Of a stretch of 64,000 nt of DNA, positions 8,932-17,435 are shown one piece after another. Location: positions 544,001 through 608,000 of the forward strand of contig JBMNJG010000007.1 of the NCBI GenBank assembly GCA_050951545.1. The letters run 5' to 3'. Each line of letters starts with the position of its first letter. Position 1 is the stretch's first letter. The position numbers were made by a program, and so were the translations under genes. The DNA is from Limnochordia bacterium (GTDB lineage: Bacteria; Bacillota; Limnochordia; DTU080). Under the pieces are notes generated by a model, which was not told where the DNA came from, made no database searches, and saw only the letters and a program-made list of their open reading frames with translations.

Positions 8932-10065
8932 TCAGGACGCGACAATCACGGCGTCCGGCGGCACCAGGTCGCTCAGGACCGCCATAAGGTGGGCAGGATG
9001 TATGGGCTGCGCCCGGTTCCACCGCTGTTCGTCAACCATACGATCGCGGTTCTCCTTTTCCCGGGCGATTTTTCCTTGCCATTCTGGGTTCTCGGTATGC
9101 CGCATCCTCTCCACAAGTGCCTGGAGGATATCCCTAACGTTGCCCGCAAGCGCATAGCTGGTTCGGCCGTGATCAATGGTGCCCGTCGGTGGCACTAGCT
9201 GCACGACGCTGACCGTCGAGGGGAGGCACTTTGTCTCGAAGGGCGTGTTGCCAATCTGCAGGATGCAGTCCACCTCGTTCACGATGGCCGGGATGTAGGC
9301 TTCTCCTATGCCACCCAGTACGCGGCAATGGTCATCTGGCAGGAGGCCTTTCGCCTGTTGTGCCAGGACGATGGCTGTTCCCATAGCGTTGGCCAGGCTC
9401 TCGACCGGCTCACGCAGACTAGGATCGCGTATTCCGACCACGATCATCGGCTGTTTGGCACCCTCAAGCGAGGACACCGCATCATTGAGGCTCCCCGTAA
9501 ACCCGCTTCGCGACCCGCTGAGTGTCTGCGGATCGATCACGGGCGCTGACGATGGGGCGGCATGATGGAACACGTCCTCGGGAATCGACACATGGGTGAC
9601 TGTATTGTGCCACAGGGCCTCCTGTATGGCTCTGGCGCTGACGAACAGGGCCGCCTCTCCACTGGTCACCAACTGCGAGCTGGAAGTGACAGCCGCGAAC
9701 AGCAGCTGCTGGTTGATCTCCTGCTTGGCTCCGGTTCCGAGTTTGTTGAGTGCGATCTGGCCAGTGACTGCCAGAACTGGCGCCCGATCGAAGTAAGCGT
9801 CTGCCAGGCCATTCACCAAGTTAGTCGCTCCGGGCCCCGCAGTCGCCACACAGACCCCGACCCTCCCTGTCAACTTGGCGTGGTACGAGGCCATGAAGGC
9901 TGCACTCATCTCGGTTGAGGTGCCGATGAACCGTACCTGCCCTTGCTGCTTGGTTAAGGCATCAAAGAGTGGGAATACCACATCGCCAGTCACACCGTAG
10001 ATCGTGTCTACACCAGCGGTCTTAAGAAGGTCGATGAGTGCTTCAGCCACCGTACGAGATGACAT
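8932..10065 (-). pseudogene. Thiamine-diphosphate enzyme (pyruvate oxidase-like), C-terminally truncated
   Basis: GVDTIYGVTGD, E.SAAFMA, GPGATNLVNGLADAYFDRAPVL. Stops at PPDAVIVAS, before the GDG...N TPP-binding motif. Confidence 0.8.
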
Positions 10066-10251
10066 GCCCGCATTCTCCTGAATCCTCTCTAGCCCCGTGC
10101 CAGCCACCGCAGATGGGCATCAAGACTAACTTTCCCATGCAAGGCGCTCAGTGAGGTGGAAGCTTTTCCCGCTGTGTCGCCAGGGTGCATCCCGGAAATG
10201 ATACAAGGGGCGCACAGTGTGCAACTACGGCAACCGGAAGGAGCTTCTCGA

Positions 10252-11304
10252 ATGAGGAAACTGCGGATGGGTATCATTGGTACCGGCATGGCTTTCGAAC
10301 GACTGCACTACCCCGCCTACCAGAAGCTGACGGATCGGTTTGTGATCACAGCGATCTGCGATTTGGATACACAGAAGGCGAAAAACTGGCAGAACACTCT
10401 CGGGCTTGGTGACCATGATGTGTACAGCGACTTCCGCAAGATGATCGCCCGTGGCGATATAGACGCTATCGACATCATGGTGCCCATTGAGTCGAACTTC
10501 GAAGTGACCGAGGAGGTCGCCAAGGCCGGCAAGCCCATTATCTGTGAGAAGCCGCTGGCGCCGACCAAAGAGCAAGCGAAGGCAGCCAAGGAGTTGCCCA
10601 GGCAGTACGACGTTCCGGTCATGATCGCCGAGAACTACCGCTACAACGACGAAGTCAACATCATTCGAAACTTGGTTCGCAACCAAGAGATCGGAACCGT
10701 CCGCTATTTCCTTCAGAACCGGGTGGTCAACACTCCTCAGGAGATGCTCAAGAACGCATTTGCCGCCAAAGAGTGGCGTCAGCATCCTGAGTTCGCTGGG
10801 GGTGTCTTCTATGACACGGCTGTTCATGACATTGCTGCCCTCCAGCATATCTTCGGGGCCGTGGAGCGTGTGCATGCCTTCGGTGTGAAACAGGAGGAAG
10901 ACTTCGCACCCTTCGCCGTCATCCAGGCTAACCTCTCGTTCAGGAGCAGTATCACGGGCCAGTTCACTTTCTTCTGTGCCGGGTCGGAGATGCAGCGTCC
11001 GTTGGTCGGCTTGCGCATCCTTGGCACCGATGGGATGATCTTCCTTGAGGAGCGTGATTGCGGCACCGTTAATGTGGCCTACAATGACGGAACGAGCAAA
11101 CAGATTTCGTACCAGCCGCGGATGGGCTTTTACCATGAGCTGCTTAACTTCTATAAGGCCGCCACTGGCCAGGAGCCTATATCAGTTACACCGGAGCTCG
11201 AATACGGCGACGCCATGGTGATCTTCGCTATGCTTGACTCGGTTGAGCAGCAGGAGGTTATCGAGATGGCTGAGTATGCGCAGTACGATCCGGTTCCGGT
11301 GTAA
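10252..11304 (+). CDS. Gfo/Idh/MocA family NAD(P)-dependent oxidoreductase
   Basis: GIIGTG, ICEKP, AENYRY, GGVFYDTAVHD motifs; RBS AAGGAG. Confidence 0.93.
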   Translation: MRKLRMGIIGTGMAFERLHYPAYQKLTDRFVITAICDLDTQKAKNWQNTLGLGDHDVYSDFRKMIARGDIDAIDIMVPIESNFEVTEEVAKAGKPIICEKPLAPTKEQAKAAKELPRQYDVPVMIAENYRYNDEVNIIRNLVRNQEIGTVRYFLQNRVVNTPQEMLKNAFAAKEWRQHPEFAGGVFYDTAVHDIAALQHIFGAVERVHAFGVKQEEDFAPFAVIQANLSFRSSITGQFTFFCAGSEMQRPLVGLRILGTDGMIFLEERDCGTVNVAYNDGTSKQISYQPRMGFYHELLNFYKAATGQEPISVTPELEYGDAMVIFAMLDSVEQQEVIEMAEYAQYDPVPV

Positions 11305-11404
11305 TGAAGGCGATGGTCGGACGGGCCGTCCTGGGCGTACGAAAAGGAGCCTTGTGACGGTTCGCCTCCAGGACAGACGGAAGTCTGCGAACCGCTCGAC
11401 TGAC

Positions 11405-13457
11405 CTAACCATCAACCCCGTAGCTTGACGTGGTCTGGGTTCTTGGACCTGCTATCGAGCCGAGGTTGGCCGATCCCTCGAGGGACTGGCCACCTGATAG
11501 CGGCCCGACACCTGTCTTCATCCCGATTTCTCCCCTATCGGACCAGCCAACGAAGTTGCCGTCACTGTCAAAGCGCAAGGTCACGCCACCTTTAGCTGAC
11601 AGCTCTCCTTTCACAGGGCCGACTCCGGCGCCTGCCTTGGCTCCTACCAGCACACTGATCTCCGATTCGCCGGTCTTGAAGTTTTGCTTGTAGGCCCCGC
11701 CGACCCCCGCTAGAACCTCAAGCTCCCAACTGCTGCAATCTACAGCGAATGACGCGATGCCGATGCCAAATGTGATCTTGTCTTTGAGCTCGCATTTTTT
11801 GGCTTTCTTTTCCGGGACGACCAGCTCGCCCACAGGCTGCGTTCTGAGTGCGCTTATGTCTTCGTCCTTGGTGACTATGGGCGCGATGTGCTCTGCAAGC
11901 GCATAGCTCACAGGCAGTGTGGCGAGATCCAGGGCCAGGGGCAAGAAGGACGCATATACAGTTATTTCACGAACAGCGTTAACATAGTCAACTACGTCTT
12001 GATCGTATATACTGGCAGTCACCTGGTCCGACATCCTCCAGTATTCCAGTAGCAGTGACTTCAGATGCCCGTAGGAGCCAAGCGTGAGGTCCCTCCAGGC
12101 ATAGAAGTGGGAGTCAGCAATTTGGCCTCCCAGCTTGTTGATGGTCTTAGCCAGTTCCTTAGCTTCGGGTATCTGGTTAGCAATGATCATCTGCTCCAGC
12201 TGTTTGAACTGGCCCCCTTCCCTTAGATTGGTCATTTCGCGTTCGTAGCGCTCGTCTATCTGTCGACGGCGGGCGCTAGCACTGGTAAGTTCCTGCTCGA
12301 TCATGTGTGCATAGTAGTCGTTAACTAGCTCCAACATAAAGAGCTGCTGCCCGTACTGAGGCTTCGTCGACATGATCTGCTGAAAGCTGCCTGCTGGGTC
12401 GGAATACGACTCACCGTCGTCCCAGTCACCGTCGTCCCAGTTCACCGTCGTCCCAGTCACCGTCGTCCCAGTCACCGTCGTCCCAGTCACCGTCGTCCCA
12501 GTCACCGTCGTCCCAGTCACCGTCGTCCCAGTCACCGTCGTCCGCCGTCGCTTCCGGGTGATACCGAGCTGCAAATGTGAACGCGCCGACGAGACCCTTG
12601 TCCATAATCTGCTTGGCCAAGCGCTGGAAGGTGGGTGCCGAAGCCAAGAATGCCATGCGACTCTCCCACTTGGGAAGAGTGGGCAGAATCAACCTGTCAC
12701 CCTGGGGCTCGTGTGCATCATCACCCTGACCCTCTGGATCCTCTTCTATGATGACATCCCAGAAAGGGCGGGAGACTGACCCTCCCTGCCGGCTGGCTCC
12801 CAAGAACACCTGGCGCATCGACGGTACAAAGCCCCCACGGGCAGCTTTGCCCAACTCATACATGGCGAGGTCACCGTGTCCTCGCTGGACCCAGATGATA
12901 CTCATGCCGTAGTGAGCAGCATCGAAATCGGGATCACACGCAAGTGCTTTTCTATAAGACGTCTCTGCCTCGCTGAGCATGCCCTTATCGAGATACGAGT
13001 TGCCGAGGTTAGTCAGGATCACGGGGGAGTTGGGCGCCAAGCTATCGGCGTACAATAGCACTTCGATCGACTCATCAAGCAAGCCGCTAGATCGTAACAT
13101 GGCCGCAAAGTTGTTGACTAGTAACGGATCGTCAGGGGCGGTCTGAGCCGCGGCAGAGGCGAGGATGACTGGTATGTAGGCAGACGAAGCTGTGGCCGCG
13201 ATCATCACTGCTGCCGATGAGATATCCCTCGCATTCATGAGTGGACCGTCGGCGCTAAGTCTAGCTATTTGACCGTCGACATAGGCGTTTTCCTCAGAGT
13301 TAAGCCTGTCATAGTATGTCTCATGAATCCTCTGGGCCACCGTAATGAAGGTTTCCTTTGTAGGCCCGTGCACGGTGTTGGCCTGCGCACCGACAGCGGA
13401 TAGTATCCATATGGTACATACAACGGCAATGGTTGCGGCAGTCACTCTTGGCCTCAT
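11405..13457 (-). pseudogene. Secreted TPR protein with (DDGDW)n tract and Gly-rich beta C-terminus, split by a +1 frameshift
   Basis: ORFs 12426..13457 (signal peptide, TPR motif LTNLGNSYLDKGMLSEAETSYRKAL) and 11405..12574 join into one ~683-aa frame if the extra T at 12441 is removed. Confidence 0.8.
12411..12542. repeat. 15-bp coding tandem repeat (TCACCGTCGTCCCAG x8 plus a partial unit)
   Basis: Read directly. Encodes DDGDW on the minus strand; a single extra T lies between units 2 and 3. Confidence 0.97.
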
Positions 13458-13561
13458 TTTACTCTCAGCACCTCCGGCCGAATATCATGAAGCATGCGTA
13501 AGTAATACAGTGAGACCAACCGTCATCAGGCTCTAGATGTCCGATCTGGGATCAGTGGGCA

Positions 13562-15940
13562 TCAGTTTCTCGGTGAGGGGATTAGTTGCTTTAGGAGCTC
13601 AATATCAGCTCGTAGCTTCTCGATCTGCTCTTTTTGTTGCTGGTTCTCTGTCTGTAACTGGTTGACTCTTGTTTGAAGGCTGTCGTCGATGACCTCCCAT
13701 TGCTCCGTCTCCGTTTGAGATTCCTTAGATCGACCCAATTTGAAGCTCATACCAAAATTGTACATCAAACCGCTGCCGCTGCTTGCATTGGTGCAATTGG
13801 AGAGGCCGGCACTGAGCCGTACAGATTCGTTGACAAAGCGATCGTAGCCGAGCGCGAAGGCTAGCTCATCGCCATAGAACGCAGTTCCTATGGTGAGTTG
13901 CCCCTTGGCATCCGGATCATACTGGTGCGGGCTTGACGTTGCTAAGGCCGCTGCCATCGCTCCCACCCGGTTTAGCTGGCGAAGGTTGACAGCATCAGTG
14001 CTCGCAGTACCATCAGCAACATTAGCAATCTGCCGTTCGCTGCCAGTCGAACCCACCGAGATCGTATTCGCCCGATCCGCTATAGAGCTGGCTCCTATGG
14101 CAACGCTGTTTTCAGCAGTAGCGGAAGCAGCAGAGCCATAGGCCGAACTATTGGCACTGCTGGCCGTTGCGTTGACCCCGATCGACGTGCTGTTATCACC
14201 GCTAGCGACAGCTCCCTGGCCATAGGCGGTGCCATCAGTACCGCTGGCAGTGGCTCCGCTCACAGAGGTAACGGCGGATTTCAGCGCTTTCACCTCTGTA
14301 TCGATTTCAAGCAATTGTCCATAGGCTGCGGCATCGCTGGCTTCGGTACCGTACGCCACATTAGTGATTCTACGTTCGTTGCCTGCCGTACCAACCGAGA
14401 CAGTGTTGTCGTCATCTGCTACCGAGTTTGCCCCAAGCGCCACGCTGTTTTCAGCAGTGGCGGAAGCGCCAGAGCCATAGGCCGAGCTATTCGCACTGCT
14501 GGCCGTTGCGTTAACCCCGACCGACGTGCCGTTATTGCCGCTGGCGGCAGCTCCCTGGCCATAGGCGGCGCTATCAGTACCGCTGGCAGTAGCTCCGCTC
14601 ACAGAGGTAACGGCGGATTCCAGCATGTTTACTCTTGTGTTGGTTTCGAGCAATTGTCCATAGGCTGCGGCATCGCTGGCTTCGGTACCGTACGCCACAT
14701 TAGTGATTCTACGCTCGTTGCCTACCGAACCAACCGAGACAGTGTTCTCCTCATCCGCTACCGAGTTTGCCCCAAGCGCTACGCTATTCTGGGCAGTAGC
14801 GGAGGCGTTATAACCTATCGACGTACTTAAGTTCTGGTTCGTCTCAGAGTGATCGCCTATGGCTGTACTGTAGTCACCAGCAGCGGTAGAGAAGGCGCCG
14901 ACCGCTGTGCTACTAGCGCCGCTGGCGTCCGCTCCCAGTCCATAGGCCGAGCTGTAGATACCACTAGCCTCGGCAGCGGCTCCACTAGCTGTGCTATAGT
15001 GACCGTTAGCGGTCGAACCTTGCCCGGTCGCTGTGCTTTTGAAACCGCTCGCGCGGGACTCGGCACCTGTTGCCGTGCCGTAGGATCCGCTCGCAACCGC
15101 TGATTTGCCTAACGCCGTCCCGAAGTAGCCTGACGTGTGGGCACTAGCGCCAAGCGCCGTACCGAAGGAATGCGTAGCCAGTGCGCCCGCACCGATGGCA
15201 GTGGTGTTACTGACCTCTACGTCATTAATGATGAATCCATCACCCGGCGGACTCGGGTAGTCTGCAAAACCACTCTCACTGCCGGAGACAGTATTCTGCC
15301 CGATGGCAATGCTGCCGTCATTATAGGCAATAGACCCGGCGCCGTAGGCCGCGCTACCGATGCCCCTAGCGGTAGAAGAAGCGCCAGACGCCGTACTGTT
15401 CGCACCAGCGGCACGTGCTCCGGCACCATAGGCCGCGCTGCCAACGCCTGTAGCGGCAGAAAAGGCGCCAGACGCCGTGCTGTTCGCAGCAGCGGCATGT
15501 GCTCCGACACCAAATGCCGAACTATCGTTGCCTACGGCCTTCGCACCTTTTGCCTCGGCTGGATCTGCCCCTCCACCGACGGCCGTACTGTTCGTACCCA
15601 GAGCTTTGGCATATGCCCCGATAGCAGCGCTGTAAGCACCGGAAGCAGCGGACGCATGACCGCATGCTAACCCCGAAACCCCGGTGACCTTGGCCTTATA
15701 ACCAACCGCAGCAGCCATCTGCCCACTGACCTCGACGTAACTACCTATTGCTACACCAACAAACTCTGAAGCTTCAGCACCTATCCCAATTGCAATACTG
15801 TCCCAACCAGATGCAATACCGCCGCCAGCCTCGAAACTGAGAGCCCAAGCGGCACTTGTTAATGTGAACTGCAAGGCAAGAGAAGCCATCAACAGAACCA
15901 CGGATTTCGGCGGGTGTTCCTTCACTGACATTTGGGCCAT
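13562..15940 (-). CDS. YadA-like trimeric autotransporter adhesin
   Basis: Signal peptide, many S.A.G..A.A head repeats, neck motifs VSVG....ERRITNVA.G..ASDA, anchor GAMAAAL...FALGY...YNFGMSFKLG, then a coiled-coil tail. Confidence 0.92.
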   Translation of the reverse strand: MAQMSVKEHPPKSVVLLMASLALQFTLTSAAWALSFEAGGGIASGWDSIAIGIGAEASEFVGVAIGSYVEVSGQMAAAVGYKAKVTGVSGLACGHASAASGAYSAAIGAYAKALGTNSTAVGGGADPAEAKGAKAVGNDSSAFGVGAHAAAANSTASGAFSAATGVGSAAYGAGARAAGANSTASGASSTARGIGSAAYGAGSIAYNDGSIAIGQNTVSGSESGFADYPSPPGDGFIINDVEVSNTTAIGAGALATHSFGTALGASAHTSGYFGTALGKSAVASGSYGTATGAESRASGFKSTATGQGSTANGHYSTASGAAAEASGIYSSAYGLGADASGASSTAVGAFSTAAGDYSTAIGDHSETNQNLSTSIGYNASATAQNSVALGANSVADEENTVSVGSVGNERRITNVAYGTEASDAAAYGQLLETNTRVNMLESAVTSVSGATASGTDSAAYGQGAAASGNNGTSVGVNATASSANSSAYGSGASATAENSVALGANSVADDDNTVSVGTAGNERRITNVAYGTEASDAAAYGQLLEIDTEVKALKSAVTSVSGATASGTDGTAYGQGAVASGDNSTSIGVNATASSANSSAYGSAASATAENSVAIGASSIADRANTISVGSTGSERQIANVADGTASTDAVNLRQLNRVGAMAAALATSSPHQYDPDAKGQLTIGTAFYGDELAFALGYDRFVNESVRLSAGLSNCTNASSGSGLMYNFGMSFKLGRSKESQTETEQWEVIDDSLQTRVNQLQTENQQQKEQIEKLRADIELLKQLIPSPRN
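14100..14800. repeat. Internal near-identical duplication in the adhesin, period 339 bp (113 aa)
   Basis: GCAATTGTCCATAGGCTGCGGCATCGCTGGCTTCGGTACCGTACGCC occurs at 14311 and 14650. Boundaries approximate. Confidence 0.9.
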
Positions 15941-15947
15941 CCCCCTA

Positions 15948-15989
15948 AAGCCTTGGACCGATAAGCATAGGCTTGCCGGTCCAAGGCTT
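15948..15989. promoter_or_regulatory. Strong intergenic hairpin immediately upstream of the adhesin RBS
   Basis: AAGCCTTGGACCG / CGGTCCAAGGCTT perfect 13-bp arms plus an inner stem. Confidence 0.6.
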
Positions 15990-15990
15990 C

Positions 15991-16455
15991 TTATTGTCTA
16001 AACAATGCGTCAATGGCGTCATCCCAATTGAAGGAGTTTAGCAACCAGCGATCCTTCGCCTTGTAAAACACGAATTGCCAGCGAATCAAGTGTTTCTCGT
16101 ATTTGGCCACGTAGGTATACCTCAGGCAGACCTCGGACACTACCTCTTCTTTGACCAACCTGAAGCCGCAAGGTTGCCCGAATCTTTCCTTCACAAACAC
16201 CTGGTCTTTTTCGGCTTGCTCCTGGACAGGCTTTAGTTCCGCAACAGGAAATGGCCATTGGGAGCCAATAAGAACGAAAGCCTCTTCGATCTGGCCTTTC
16301 GCCACATGGTTAATGACTGCTTCGCAATAAGACCTCGCTTCGATACCGTCAGGAAAGCCAAGATCCTGTGCCCAGCAGACTGGGACTACTAGGAGCAAGA
16401 GCGGTAAGATCATTGGGAAAACCGCCTTGGACTTCATCGCCGAACCCCGCTTCAT
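15991..16455 (-). CDS. Secreted hypothetical protein (DUF4019/DUF3887-like small domain)
   Basis: Signal peptide ending CWA; RFG...Y..KYE......F.FYK....W.L..F.W pattern. Confidence 0.7.
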   Translation of the reverse strand: MKRGSAMKSKAVFPMILPLLLLVVPVCWAQDLGFPDGIEARSYCEAVINHVAKGQIEEAFVLIGSQWPFPVAELKPVQEQAEKDQVFVKERFGQPCGFRLVKEEVVSEVCLRYTYVAKYEKHLIRWQFVFYKAKDRWLLNSFNWDDAIDALFRQ

Positions 16456-16930
16456 TATGTGAACCTATTATTGTTGTGCGCAAACGTGCATTTTCGGGCG
16501 CACCTTAATACTGCCAAAACCAGGCACCTATACCCTGTAAGTGCATAACAGAAAGGTTTAAAAAGGTAAGTTGTTTGCGTAATTACTGTGGGGTTATGTA
16601 CCCATTTCCAAGTACGGTCTAGAGAATGAATCCTCCAGGCTTCGGGACATCTGCGGACACATCGGATCCAAGATTGTGGTCTGGGCTCGTCGCCTCCCGT
16701 GCTCTGACGCCGAAGTCTGCACTGTATGCCTCTGCGGATGGAATGGATTTCATGGCAAGGCATGTGTTCCCTGCATGAGTTGCGACGTATTGTGTATATA
16801 TGCCGGTTTGGCAGGGATAACTGGGGAAACCCTGGGGTTTTATCGCCACTGCTTCAGGTCGCAGAGCATTCGGGTCTTCCATGAGTTGCTCTGCTGTACG
16901 TCGAAAACGAGGTTGTTCAGGCCGCGATAG

Positions 16931-17000
16931 TGGAGTTGTCCCGGTTTCGTGGACTTCATCGTAGGTTACCAATATGAAGCTCCCGCACTTTGGTGGACAC
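16931..17000. mobile_element. Two IS3-family terminal-repeat-like relics
   Basis: TGGAGTTGTCCCGGTTTCGTGGAC (16931) and TGAAGCTCCCGCACTTTGGTGGACAC (16975) resemble IS3 ends as I recall them. No transposase adjacent. Confidence 0.45.
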
Positions 17001-17435
17001 AGTAACACCTACGTTACCAACGCTATGTCTTCCTTGGACTTGCCACGAAACCATCGGGCTTCGGGCGCAAGCCGTTCCAACCAATCGCGGCAGCTGGCTA
17101 GATGCCTTACCCACGGCGAGATCGACCCGTTTATTTGGCTCCGATCATCTTCAAGGCGTTGGCTCCAACGAACCTGATTGGAGCTGGTGGCCTCGCTGGC
17201 CACCAGTGACCGATGCGGCGTGGGTTTCTGTGCCCTATGCTGGTGCAGCATGTGGAGCCACGAGATGGCAGATGGACAAAGCTCGAAATGGCGGGAGACG
17301 ATTATGCAGGAGAGAATGCAGCTTTGTTTAAGCTGCAGGTAGGCCCTGCCGCAACTCTATGGACGTGCGCATTGAACAGCTTGAACTTGAAGGCCGTACC
17401 TGATGATTCGCGCACGCATGTAAAGGAGCTGTAGT

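Noticed and set aside
10225-11136. 303-aa antisense ORF
   Set aside because: Shadow of the Gfo/Idh/MocA gene; expected in GC-rich DNA and has no motifs.
12411-12542. Repeat array as a possible CRISPR
   Set aside because: Units are contiguous 15-mers with no spacers, lie in a coding frame, and no cas genes are present.
12441-12574. TTVTG-repeat N-terminus of ORF 11405..12574
   Set aside because: Out-of-frame reading of the DDGDW repeat caused by the +1 base.
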